From positions 1-49,018 of the forward strand of contig JAOAFU010000034.1 of NCBI GenBank assembly GCA_026416115.1: a stretch of 49,018 nt of DNA. Reading direction: 5' to 3'. Below, in pieces: positions 19,217 through 28,965 of the stretch. The notes beneath the pieces were generated by a model. The model did no database searches. It worked only from the letters and a program-made list of their open reading frames with translations, and was not told the origin of the DNA. The number at the start of each line of letters is the position of its first letter. The first letter of the stretch is position 1. This DNA comes from Bacteroidales bacterium (GTDB lineage: Bacteria; Bacteroidota; Bacteroidia; Bacteroidales; DTGW01). Both the position numbers and the translations under genes were made by a program.

Positions 19217-21160
19217 TTATTTTGTTGTTGCAACTGCAACAAATCCTCCTCGCGGTTTTATAATAAGATTAATGTCCGATTTATCCATCTTGTACTGATG
19301 GAATGTACGGTTGTTTTCTCCATCGGTAATTATAGTGATTCCTTTAGCTTTTGGATCTATTTTTCTAAGATCGAAAGTTAAGGGCTGCTCAGTTTCCTGG
19401 GCATTAATACCAGCAATGTACCAAATCCCATTTCCTTTTCGGGCCAAAACAACATATTTTCCCGGTATACCATCGACAAATTTTATGTCTTCCCAAATTT
19501 CGGGAATCGAGGACATGAAATGTTTGACGTAGGTTGGTTGGACAGCCATTCCTTGAGGTATCTCGGCAAAGTGTTGTATGCCCGACTGGAACAAGATCGA
19601 CAGGGCTAACTCAAATGCATTTGATGTTATTCGTTTAATATTGGGTACTTCGGAAAAGGCTACTGGAGTAAAGTCCATTGGGCCGACTACGTTTCGTGTA
19701 AAAGGAAGTACAGTACAGTGCTCGGGTTGCTTATCGGCATTAGCTTGCTCGAAAGTAACAAACTCAAATCCCTTTACGGCTTCCATAGTCATAAGGTTGG
19801 GAAAGGTACGATTCCAACCTCGTGGTATAGTAGCGCCATGAAAATTTACAAGCAACTTGAATTCGAGCGCATCTTTCAATATATCTTGATAGTATGCCAT
19901 CATCGACTGCCCATCGCCGCCAAAAAAATCGACTTTTACTCCAGCAACACCCATTCGGCTTATTTTTTCGAACTCTTTTCTGCGAGTATCTCTATCGAAC
20001 ATGAGATTTCTCGGGGTTAGCGGTGCTGTATTCCAATCGCCTGCCGAATTATACCATAAAAGAATTTTTACATTTTTTTGTTTACCATAGTCGACCAGTT
20101 CCTGAATCTTTTCGTAACCAATTTGTTTATCCCAGTACGCATCGATTAGGCAGTATCGCCAATGCATCTGCGAAGCAAACTCAATGAATCTTTTTTGAAC
20201 TGAATAAATGGTTGAGTCGTCTTTAAGTAATACCCACGACCAGGCTGCTTGGCCGGGTTTTATAAACGAGAAGTCGGTACTTATGGCTTTATCGGCTAAG
20301 TCGGTCGTAATTGTCGATTCAACAATGGTACCAAGGGTCTCGCCCACAATTATCACTCGCCATGGTGATAACATAGGCAAACGGCCGGTTGGGTAAACGG
20401 GTGCTTTTTCGCTCGTAGTTTCGAGAGATTGAGGGAAGGTAATAGCATACTCTCCATCGGGCGACTGAGCCGAAAGTCGAGAACCACAATAATTTTCCCT
20501 TACATTGGTTTCGGTTATCAATACCCAGTGATTTCCTGAAAAAAACAGTGCAGGAAAGGACCAGCCGGCTTGCTGTGGTGCAGCTGTACCTACAGGTACA
20601 TCGATGAAATAATTTTCTTCGTACGATGGTTGAGTTGAACTCCATCCTGTGCGGGCATCGGCATGAGGATGCAGCCATGCACGAGCCTCGATGGGAAAAT
20701 GAAAAGAAGTAAACTCTCGTTCTACCACTATCGCTTCGTTTGAGGTTTCGGGTAATTGATACCGAAAGGCTACTCCGTCGTTCGAGACTCGAAAAACTAT
20801 GTTTATTCTTCTTTTGTCACTATTTTTCAACTCAAGCAGCAGTTCATTAGCTTTATATGTGCAATGCCTTCTCTTTCCAGTTAAAAGCTCGTACCGGTCG
20901 GTAACAATTCTTACTGGATGGGCTTTTATAAGAGATAGAGAATCGTAGAAATTAGAATTACTTAACCTAAGTCCAAGCTGAGATGGTTTTATAATGGTTG
21001 AGCTATTGGATACTACTGTGTAAGATAGCGATCCTTTTTCTGAAAGAAATATTTTTACTTGAAGTTTGCCATCTGGACTTTCAACTTCTGCAGCAGGTTT
21101 CCCCAAAACTTTTAAAGACATTAACATAATTGTTAAAATAATAGTAGCAGTTGTTTTCAT
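19217..21160 (-). CDS. Glycoside hydrolase family 97 (retaining type; alpha-galactosidase/beta-L-arabinopyranosidase-like)
   Basis: Signal peptide, SPDG, FRVSNDGVAFRY, SPWRVI, IKPG.AAWSW, GVKVDFF (Asp nucleophile position), NFHG, EAVKG.E, PFTRNVVGPMDFTP. Confidence 0.9.
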   Translation of the reverse strand: MKTTATIILTIMLMSLKVLGKPAAEVESPDGKLQVKIFLSEKGSLSYTVVSNSSTIIKPSQLGLRLSNSNFYDSLSLIKAHPVRIVTDRYELLTGKRRHCTYKANELLLELKNSDKRRINIVFRVSNDGVAFRYQLPETSNEAIVVEREFTSFHFPIEARAWLHPHADARTGWSSTQPSYEENYFIDVPVGTAAPQQAGWSFPALFFSGNHWVLITETNVRENYCGSRLSAQSPDGEYAITFPQSLETTSEKAPVYPTGRLPMLSPWRVIIVGETLGTIVESTITTDLADKAISTDFSFIKPGQAAWSWVLLKDDSTIYSVQKRFIEFASQMHWRYCLIDAYWDKQIGYEKIQELVDYGKQKNVKILLWYNSAGDWNTAPLTPRNLMFDRDTRRKEFEKISRMGVAGVKVDFFGGDGQSMMAYYQDILKDALEFKLLVNFHGATIPRGWNRTFPNLMTMEAVKGFEFVTFEQANADKQPEHCTVLPFTRNVVGPMDFTPVAFSEVPNIKRITSNAFELALSILFQSGIQHFAEIPQGMAVQPTYVKHFMSSIPEIWEDIKFVDGIPGKYVVLARKGNGIWYIAGINAQETEQPLTFDLRKIDPKAKGITIITDGENNRTFHQYKMDKSDINLIIKPRGGFVAVATTK

Positions 21161-21209
21161 AGCAGGTTATTTTTCAATAAGTTAGCAAAAAAGTTATTCT
21201 TATTATTAC

Positions 21210-23573
21210 TTACCTCAAGAGTCTTATATAATAAATGCCTCCAGCCAATGAACCATTTTCAGGGACAAATTTGACTGTGTAGGTTCCCTTTGCCGATTCG
21301 CGTATTACCTTAGGAATTTCTATTTCCTGGTCAAAAAAACGATCACCTTTATCACCCTTTAGACAAATGGTAGCAATTTTGATATCGTTCATCCAAACAT
21401 CAAAAGTACGGTTATTATCGAGTCCGAAGAATGTAAGAGAAAGATATTTTGCTTCATTTTTTGGATCGGCAAGTTCGTACGAGAACCAACCAAAGGCATG
21501 ACGCCAGAAACGATTTTGATTTATACCCCACTCAGTATTTTCGCCTTTAAAATTATGACCTACCTCCGATTGCTGCTCTCCGGGTGCCACTTCGTCGATT
21601 GTTCTCTGTTGAAGGGCAAGCCGTTCATTTTCTCTTGTTCGCAATGTTTTTTGTTTTAATTCGAGTTGTTGTTGATTAAGAACAGGAAAGTAGAGGGTAT
21701 AACGTGTAGCTTGTAACTCGTAAAATGGACGCAATTGAACATAAGTCGGTTCATTTTTACTTGTGAGGACGGGCATGGAAAAAATCAGTTTTTGTGCATC
21801 TAATATTTTTATGCTGTTTATCCAGTTTTTATCGTTGGCCAATATGTAAGGCTGTTCGTCGATTGGATACAAGGGACCGTTGGCAACATGAGCCATTCGT
21901 GAATCATCAGCCCAAAGTCCTAGTTGATTAGCCGTATCGCAGGCAGCTGCCAGTACAATGGGACCATACAGAACCGATGCCCAATGAGAACTGTCGGGTA
22001 AATATTCGACCGATAGGGTTTGAGGTAACGAAACGGTAACTATGTCGTTGTTTTTCCATTGTCGACTAATCTCGATATAACCGTTTACCGAGGCTAACCG
22101 AATGGATTTTTCTTTGTTAACCTGAATCTCGAGACTTTCCGATTTTATCCAGGCTGGTTTTCGAATACGAAGGGTTACTTTAATAGATTTTGGAGTAATA
22201 ATTCGCAGTTTGGTTAACGATTCGTTCGGAAAATTGGTTTGCTGAATGACTTCGATTTGCTTTTCTTTCCAATATAAACGCGACGCAATAAACAAATTTA
22301 CCCAAAGTGTATCAGTGGTATGAGCATAAATTAGTTCGCCGTATTTTGCATGATTTTCCATACCGGTTCCCACACAACACCAAAATGAATTTTCGACAGT
22401 AGAATATACCCTATAATGACAGGGATGTATGGGAGTAAAATAGACAAATCCCCCTTTGTCGCGGTTTATGGATGAAAGGATATGGTTAAAAAGGGTTCGT
22501 TCGTAATAGTCGATATATTTTTCTTTTCTAGTCGAAAGAAATAACAATTTGGTAAGTTTAAGCATGTTATAGCTGTTGCAGGTTTCGGGTCCTTGGTTCG
22601 ATTCTATCATAGAACTAAAGTCGGTTGGGGGATTAAAATGCTCACGGACGCCGTGGCCACCAAAAGACACAGAATATTTTTCTACTACTAAATCCCAAAA
22701 AAATTGAGCTGCACGATCCCACTCGGGATTTTGAGTAGCATCGGCTACACATTTAAAGCCAATGACTTTTGGTATTTGAGTATTGGCATGCAGGCCACTT
22801 AACATATCTTTTCCTTCGATCAGAGGTTGTAAAATCGCGCGATGCGAAAATCGTTGAGCCAGATTGATGTATTTTTTGTTACCCGAAATTTGTCCAACCT
22901 GAGTAAATACTTCGTTGAGACCACCGTGTTCGGTTGCGAGTATTTGCTGTATTTGTTCGTCGCTAAGGGGTTGTGTAAGGTTGTAAAACCAGTCGGTAAG
23001 TTTAATCAAAATATCAAGAGCTCTTGGCTGATGAGCATAAAGGTAGGCATCGCGAAGGCCGGCAAAAGTTTTATGCAGATTGTATAAGGGTACCCATCTA
23101 TTACCCAAAGAAAAACTTGCTGCTTGAATTTTTCCATTGCGAATATCGTTCCAAAGACTCTTTCCGTCGGGTATGCCCCCCACATACCCATCGCCGTTTT
23201 TTTGTTGACAGCTGTCGAGCCACGAGAGCATGTACTTGATTCGTTCGAGCAAAAGTTTCTCCTTAGTTATTGCATACATCATCGAGATAGCCGAAAGATA
23301 ATGACCTGCAGTGTGGCCGTCGAGACCCATGCTCTCCCAGTTAGGATAATTTGGTTTGAGTGGTTTTATTTCCGACTCTTTAAGAAAAGGGGCAAGCAAT
23401 CGATCGGGATCTAATGCCAAAAGATACTTTAGATCTGCTTGTTCGGCCTGATAAATAGCGGATCCTGGTAGTAAGTTTACATTTTCAAGTTCAAAGTCTT
23501 TCAGAGAATTACCTTCAAGCTTTATAAGTATCCCGAATAACAGTACAAAAATAGGAAGTGAACTTTTACTCAT
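21210..23573 (-). CDS. GH127/GH146 (DUF1680) beta-L-arabinofuranosidase-like glycoside hydrolase
   Basis: Signal peptide, GHTAGHYLSA, TEHGG, HANTQIPK, ETCNSYNMLK, WCCVGTGMEN (Zn/Cys nucleophile motifs), YGPIVLA. Confidence 0.88.
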   Translation of the reverse strand: MSKSSLPIFVLLFGILIKLEGNSLKDFELENVNLLPGSAIYQAEQADLKYLLALDPDRLLAPFLKESEIKPLKPNYPNWESMGLDGHTAGHYLSAISMMYAITKEKLLLERIKYMLSWLDSCQQKNGDGYVGGIPDGKSLWNDIRNGKIQAASFSLGNRWVPLYNLHKTFAGLRDAYLYAHQPRALDILIKLTDWFYNLTQPLSDEQIQQILATEHGGLNEVFTQVGQISGNKKYINLAQRFSHRAILQPLIEGKDMLSGLHANTQIPKVIGFKCVADATQNPEWDRAAQFFWDLVVEKYSVSFGGHGVREHFNPPTDFSSMIESNQGPETCNSYNMLKLTKLLFLSTRKEKYIDYYERTLFNHILSSINRDKGGFVYFTPIHPCHYRVYSTVENSFWCCVGTGMENHAKYGELIYAHTTDTLWVNLFIASRLYWKEKQIEVIQQTNFPNESLTKLRIITPKSIKVTLRIRKPAWIKSESLEIQVNKEKSIRLASVNGYIEISRQWKNNDIVTVSLPQTLSVEYLPDSSHWASVLYGPIVLAAACDTANQLGLWADDSRMAHVANGPLYPIDEQPYILANDKNWINSIKILDAQKLIFSMPVLTSKNEPTYVQLRPFYELQATRYTLYFPVLNQQQLELKQKTLRTRENERLALQQRTIDEVAPGEQQSEVGHNFKGENTEWGINQNRFWRHAFGWFSYELADPKNEAKYLSLTFFGLDNNRTFDVWMNDIKIATICLKGDKGDRFFDQEIEIPKVIRESAKGTYTVKFVPENGSLAGGIYYIRLLR

Positions 23574-23698
23574 TTGAATTATAATTTTTAACAGACAAAA
23601 TTTACTTTAAAGCTAACACTTGATCATCAGAACAAAGTAAATTTTTTTTTGAGCAACAGAGGTGGACAAAAAGAGAATTTTGCAGGAGGGATGTTGAG

Positions 23699-23730
23699 AA
23701 AAAAAAGCCCGACTCTGATAAGGTCGGGTT
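23699..23730 (-). terminator. Intrinsic terminator after lspA
   Basis: Minus strand AACCCGAC-cttatcaga-GTCGGGC followed by a run of 8 T. Confidence 0.75.
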
Positions 23731-23864
23731 GAAATGGATGAAAGATTTTTTGTTTTATTGCTAGTTAATTTTTACAAAATTCTTTAGATAGATCATTTAA
23801 TGCTAATGATTTGAGATTCCTTTTCAGAAGACGAATATCTCTTAATAAAAGCAGATGAGGTTTT

Positions 23865-24470
23865 TTACTTCGGAAAAAACTTTTTCTGGAAGATAAGAAG
23901 AAAAATAACTCCTATTGTTATAGCCGAGTCGGCAATATTGAAGACAGGACGAAAAAAGACAAACTCCTGTCCTCCCCAAAAGGGTATCCAGGTGGGTAAT
24001 GTAGTTTGGATAATAGGAAAATAGAACATATCGACCACCTTGCCGTGCAAAAAGCCTGCATAGCCACCTTCGGGAGGAAACATACGGGCAACCTGGTAAT
24101 AACTTTCGTTAAATATCATGCCATAAAAAGCGCTGTCGATCATATTTCCTATAGCACCTGCCAGAATTAGCGATATGCAGATAATGAGTCCTACATGCGC
24201 ATTCTTTTTTATCAGGGTATAAAGATAATATCCAATTGCACCGATGGCCAGCAAACGAAAGATGCTAAGAAAAAGTTTTGCATAGTCACCGTCGCCCAGC
24301 TCAATGCCAAACGCCATTCCTCTATTCTCTGTAAAATGGATTATAAACCAGTCGGTAATTTTAAATTCTTGCCCCAGAAACATGTGCGTTTTGACCCAAA
24401 TCTTAAGCAATTGGTCGATTAATAATACGACGATAATGATTAGCCAGGCAAGTTGACCTTTACGTTTCAT
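23865..24470 (-). CDS. lspA: Lipoprotein signal peptidase II
   Basis: DQLLK, NRGMAFG, GAIGNMID, GKVVDM, FNIADSAI; downstream of ileS-dksA. Confidence 0.96.
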   Translation of the reverse strand: MKRKGQLAWLIIIVVLLIDQLLKIWVKTHMFLGQEFKITDWFIIHFTENRGMAFGIELGDGDYAKLFLSIFRLLAIGAIGYYLYTLIKKNAHVGLIICISLILAGAIGNMIDSAFYGMIFNESYYQVARMFPPEGGYAGFLHGKVVDMFYFPIIQTTLPTWIPFWGGQEFVFFRPVFNIADSAITIGVIFLLIFQKKFFPK

Positions 24471-24503
24471 GCAAAAAGTTTTAACCTATTAAACAAAAAT
24501 ATA

Positions 24504-24545
24504 GCATAGCCCATCATCACAATAATTTGTGGCGATGGGTTATGC
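24504..24545 (-). terminator. Hairpin between dksA and lspA (partial terminator or mRNA stabiliser)
   Basis: 19-bp imperfect stem GCATAGCCCATCATCACAA-taat-TTGTGGCGATGGGTTATGC, followed on the minus strand by TATATTTTTGTTT. Confidence 0.55.
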
Positions 24546-24557
24546 GTTAGAAATACA

Positions 24558-24938
24558 TTATTTTGCTCCACCTTGTTTGGCTTCAATGCTTAGGGTTGCA
24601 TGAGGAACAGCCATCAGACGCTCTTTGGGAATAAGTTTTCCTGTTTCGCGACAAATTCCGTAAGTTTTATTTTCGATACGCACTAACGCTGCCTGCAGAT
24701 GCTGGATAAATTTCAGCTGACGCTGAGCCAAACGACCAGCTTCCTCTTTCGATAGAGTAGCAGCCCCTTCTTCCAATACCTTAAAAGTTGGCGAGGTATC
24801 TTGGGTATCGTTACTCCCCGATTGGGTAATCGCACTCTTTAAGAGTTCGTAATCTTTCATAGCCTGATCAAGCTTCTCGAGAATGATTTTCTTGAATTCC
24901 TCAAGCTCCTCGTCCGAATATCTTGTTTTTTCTGCCAT
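24558..24938 (-). CDS. dksA: TraR/DksA family transcriptional regulator
   Basis: Coiled coil plus ALVRIENKTYGICRETGKLIPKERLMAVPHA; ileS-dksA-lspA synteny typical of Bacteroidota. Confidence 0.88.
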   Translation of the reverse strand: MAEKTRYSDEELEEFKKIILEKLDQAMKDYELLKSAITQSGSNDTQDTSPTFKVLEEGAATLSKEEAGRLAQRQLKFIQHLQAALVRIENKTYGICRETGKLIPKERLMAVPHATLSIEAKQGGAK

Positions 24939-24969
24939 ATGGTTTAGGTTTTTATGTTAGGTTCTCTGT

Positions 24970-27900
24970 TTAATTAGCTTTTATACGTTCAACCCTCACG
25001 AATGTTTGTATTTCATCGTCGAGCTCGATTAATTTTTTGTTATCGTGATGAATATCGTCTACTATCTTTAATTCTGCAGCTAAAGTTTGTGAAGAAATGT
25101 ATTGCCTGTGATTCTCAACGGCTTCGTTTATAGCATCGTGTTTTACAATTTCAATTTTAATCTTATCTGTAACATCGAAGTCGCTTTCTTTTCTGATGTT
25201 TTGAATTCTATTGATTAGTTCTCGTGCAATGCCCTCCTGTCTTAATTCTTCAGTAATCTTAATATCAAGAGCAACCGTAACTTTATCTTCTGTTGCTACC
25301 AACCAGCCGGGAATATCTTCCGATGTTATTTCAACGTCTTCGAGGGTAAGGGGTATTGTTTGTCCTTCAACTACGATACTACCTTCACCTCTCTCCTCGA
25401 ACTTATATATATCGTCTTGAGTAAATGCGGTTATAGCAGTCGTGATACCCTTCATTAGCTTGCCATAACGAGGGCCAAGAGTTTTAAAGTTTGGTTTAAT
25501 TTTCTTTATAAGTACCCCTTTGGTATCTTTTATAAATTCGATATCCTTCACATTTACTTCGGTAAGGATAAGGTTTTTGACAGCCTTGATCTGTTCAATC
25601 ATTTTGGGGTCGGTAGCCGGTATAAGAATTTTGTGGAGTGGCTGTCGTACTTTAATATTCACTTTTCTACGCAAGCTAAGCACCATCGAAGAAATCTGCT
25701 GGGCTAGCTCCATTTTTTGTTCCAGGTCTTTATCGATAAATTCTTTCTGAGCCTTTGGAAAATCGGCCAAATGAACCGAGAAATGATTTTCGCGTTTAGT
25801 ACAGTTATTTAGGTCGGAATAAATTTTTTCGGAATAAAACGGCGCAATGGGTGCGGCAAGCTTAGCAACTGTTATCAGGCAAGTATAAAGGGTTTGGTAA
25901 GCGGCTATTTTATCGTTTGAATAAGCGCTACCCCAAAAACGTTTACGATTGAGACGTACATACCAATTACTTAGGTTCTCGGTAACAAAGTGTGCAATAG
26001 CACGGCCTGCTTTTGTCAGGTCGTAATTTTCGTAATGTTCATCGACCTCGGCAATAAGCGAATTGAGCAATGAAATAATCCATCGATCAATTTCGGGGCG
26101 CTGCTGCAGGGGTATTTCTTCTTCCTGGTAGGTAAAGCCATCGATATTGGCATAAAGGGCGAAGAAAGCATATGTATTGTAAAGCGTACCGAAAAATTTA
26201 CGCATTACCTCATCTACCCCATCGATATCGAATTTAAGATTATCCCATGGGTTTGCGTTGGTTATCATGTACCATCGAAGAGGGTCTGATCCGTACTTCT
26301 CAATTACATCGGACGGTTCAATTGCATTACCGAGCCTTTTCGACATTTTGTTGCCGTTTTTATCAAGAACCAACCCATTGGATATTACATTTTTAAAGGC
26401 AACCGATTCGAAAAGCATAGTGGCAATAGCATGTAAGGTGAAGAACCAACCACGGGTTTGATCAACCCCCTCGGCAATAAAATCGGCTGGAAACTCGCCT
26501 TTCAGATCATGCTCAAATGGGTAGTGCCACTGGGCATAAGGCATAGCTCCACTATCGAACCACACATCGATGAGATCAGGCTCACGATACATGGGTTTAC
26601 CCGATGGGGATACCAGAATGATTTCGTCGACAAAGGGTTTATGCAGATCTATCTTGCTGTAATTTTCGTTCGAAAAATCGTGGGGATCAAAATCTTCGAG
26701 AGGGTTTTTAGGCATAAAACCTGCTTCGACTGCTTTTTGGGCTTCGGCCTTAAGTTCAGCCAACGAACCAATACATTTTTCTTCCTTTCCATCGGTTGTA
26801 CGCCAAATGGGTAGGGGAGTACCCCAGTATCGCGAACGAGAAAGATTCCAATCCTGTAAATTTTCGAGCCATTTGCCAAAGCGTCCGCTCCCAGTCGATT
26901 CGGGTTTCCAATTGATGGTTTGATTGAGTTCGATCATTTTCTCGCGGTATGCGGTAGTCTTTATAAACCACGAATCGAGCGGATAATATAATACAGGTTT
27001 GTCGGTACGCCAGCAATGAGGGTAGCTGTGAATATATTTCTCAATCTTAAAAGCTTTATTTTCAGCTTTAAGCTTTGTTGCAATGTAAACGTCAACTGTT
27101 TCGTCTTCCTCGGTAAGGTTGGGATCGTACTCGTTTTTAACGAAACGACCGCTTAGATCGCCACAGCCATCAATAAATTTACCTTGCTTGTCGACGAGGG
27201 TAAGCGAACCTAATCCGTACTGGCGGGCTACACGGTAATCGTCGGCACCGAAGCTGGGTGCAATATGCACAATTCCAGTCCCGTCTTCGGTAGTTACAAA
27301 ATCGCCGCAAACTACTTTAAATGCATCGCCATTGGTTGGCTGTTGATAGGGTAAAAGTTGTTCGTAGCGTAAATGTTCGAACTGCTTACCTTTATATTCG
27401 GCAAGTATACGATAGGGAACCTGCTTATCGCCCTTCTGATAACTTTCCAATTCTAAATCTTTATTTTTTTCGGGGAAATAAACCGGTAATCGATCTTTAG
27501 CCAATATTACAGTAATGGGTATACCTGTATATGGATTGAATGTACGGACTTTAACGTATTCAATATCGGCACCAACAGCCAGTGCTGTATTTGATGGAAG
27601 TGTCCATGGTGTAGTGGTCCATGCTAAAAAGAAAACATCGGTATCGGTATCGGCAAAAAGAAACTCCGACTGCTGATTGCGAATAATCTTGAATTGGGCT
27701 ACCACTGTAGTATCTTTAACATCACGATAACATCCGGGTTGGTTGAGCTCGTGCGAACTTAGACCTGTTCCGGCAGCAGGCGAATAAGGCTGAATGCTAT
27801 AACCCTTATAAAGCAGCCCTTTTTCGTATAATTTTTTCAGTAAATACCACAACGACTCAATGTATTTGTTGTCGTAGGTAATATAGGGGTCGTTCATGTC

Positions 27901-28326
27901 GATCCAGTATCCGATTTGTTCGGTAAGTTCTTCCCATTCGCGGGTATATTTCATTACTTCTTTGCGACAAATCTGGTTGTATTCGGCAACACTAATCTTT
28001 TTACCTATATCTTCTTTTGTAATGTTAAGCATTTTTTCTACCCCAAGCTCAACAGGAAGACCATGGGTATCCCAACCGGCCTTACGTTTTACGTAAAACC
28101 CTTTCATAGTTTTATATCGGCACACTACATCCTTGATAGTGCGTGCCATCACATGATGTATACCGGGCATTCCGTTAGCCGAAGGGGGACCTTCGTAAAA
28201 TACAAAGGGTATACAGCCTTTACGCTGTTCCAGTGTTTTTTCAAAGGTGTTTTCTTCTTTCCACCGTTTTAGTATTTCTTTGTTAATTGCCGATAAATCA
28301 AAATCGCGATACTCTGCAAACTTCAT
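24970..28326 (-). CDS. ileS: Isoleucine--tRNA ligase, type 2 (IleRS2)
   Basis: EGPPSANGMPGIHH, GWDTHGLPVE, WTTTPWTLPSN, GTGIVHIAP, SRSRYWGTP, EGVDQTRGWF, KMSKR. Long C-terminus without the IleRS1 Zn domain. Confidence 0.97.
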   Translation of the reverse strand: MKFAEYRDFDLSAINKEILKRWKEENTFEKTLEQRKGCIPFVFYEGPPSANGMPGIHHVMARTIKDVVCRYKTMKGFYVKRKAGWDTHGLPVELGVEKMLNITKEDIGKKISVAEYNQICRKEVMKYTREWEELTEQIGYWIDMNDPYITYDNKYIESLWYLLKKLYEKGLLYKGYSIQPYSPAAGTGLSSHELNQPGCYRDVKDTTVVAQFKIIRNQQSEFLFADTDTDVFFLAWTTTPWTLPSNTALAVGADIEYVKVRTFNPYTGIPITVILAKDRLPVYFPEKNKDLELESYQKGDKQVPYRILAEYKGKQFEHLRYEQLLPYQQPTNGDAFKVVCGDFVTTEDGTGIVHIAPSFGADDYRVARQYGLGSLTLVDKQGKFIDGCGDLSGRFVKNEYDPNLTEEDETVDVYIATKLKAENKAFKIEKYIHSYPHCWRTDKPVLYYPLDSWFIKTTAYREKMIELNQTINWKPESTGSGRFGKWLENLQDWNLSRSRYWGTPLPIWRTTDGKEEKCIGSLAELKAEAQKAVEAGFMPKNPLEDFDPHDFSNENYSKIDLHKPFVDEIILVSPSGKPMYREPDLIDVWFDSGAMPYAQWHYPFEHDLKGEFPADFIAEGVDQTRGWFFTLHAIATMLFESVAFKNVISNGLVLDKNGNKMSKRLGNAIEPSDVIEKYGSDPLRWYMITNANPWDNLKFDIDGVDEVMRKFFGTLYNTYAFFALYANIDGFTYQEEEIPLQQRPEIDRWIISLLNSLIAEVDEHYENYDLTKAGRAIAHFVTENLSNWYVRLNRKRFWGSAYSNDKIAAYQTLYTCLITVAKLAAPIAPFYSEKIYSDLNNCTKRENHFSVHLADFPKAQKEFIDKDLEQKMELAQQISSMVLSLRRKVNIKVRQPLHKILIPATDPKMIEQIKAVKNLILTEVNVKDIEFIKDTKGVLIKKIKPNFKTLGPRYGKLMKGITTAITAFTQDDIYKFEERGEGSIVVEGQTIPLTLEDVEITSEDIPGWLVATEDKVTVALDIKITEELRQEGIARELINRIQNIRKESDFDVTDKIKIEIVKHDAINEAVENHRQYISSQTLAAELKIVDDIHHDNKKLIELDDEIQTFVRVERIKAN

Positions 28327-28402
28327 TGCTATATTGATATAACTAACTCGTAAACAATATTTTATAAAAAGTCCCCTTTATGGGTTTTCCTAAAAAATCA
28401 TG

Positions 28403-28410
28403 CAAAGATA
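28403..28410 (-). promoter_or_regulatory. -7 promoter element for ileS-dksA-lspA
   Basis: Minus strand TATCTTTG, 76 nt upstream of the ileS ATG. Confidence 0.55.
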
Positions 28411-28881
28411 GACGCATGAAATAAAAAAAAAAAGATTTTTTGAAGTAAGCTACTTTATACTTTAAAAACCGTTGGTTTGTCGACGAAAAAAGAAAAAAAC
28501 CTTTTCAATCGAATTTGTGTTTTACAAAATATAACTATGCAAAAAGTCCAAAGAATTTTTCAAATATCGAAAATCTGTTTTTTTCCGCCATCAGAATGTC
28601 CTTTGTATTTTACTGCAATCTGCTAAAATATTCGTTAACTTCCTATAACTAGCGCTCAAAAAGCTTCAAAATGAAAGTACATAGTCATTAGAGTGACAAA
28701 TCAGAAAATTCTAAGTGGTTGTTATAGAGCAATAAAAAAAAATTATACTTAATATCTCATCTATATATTTCTTAAAAAAAATTTATTTAATAATCTGATT
28801 ATTAATAATTTAGATATTATCATTTTCTTGAATAAATCTATAAACATCAGTTCGATATGCTGAATCGGGTTTTTACCAACT

Positions 28882-28889
28882 TAATTTTG
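28882..28889 (+). promoter_or_regulatory. -7 promoter element for the large secreted glycoside hydrolase
   Basis: TAATTTTG 76 nt upstream of ATG 28966, followed by an A/C-rich leader. Confidence 0.45.
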
Positions 28890-28965
28890 AATATCGGAGT
28901 GGAAGTTCTTTTTTATCCATTCCCTATTAGCTAACTAAATTATTAACCTACTAAACAACCTTTTT

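Noticed and set aside
24504-24545. GGCGATGG resembling the start of a fluoride riboswitch
   Set aside because: It is one arm of a simple hairpin, on the strand opposite the dksA-lspA transcript, and the remaining riboswitch elements are absent.
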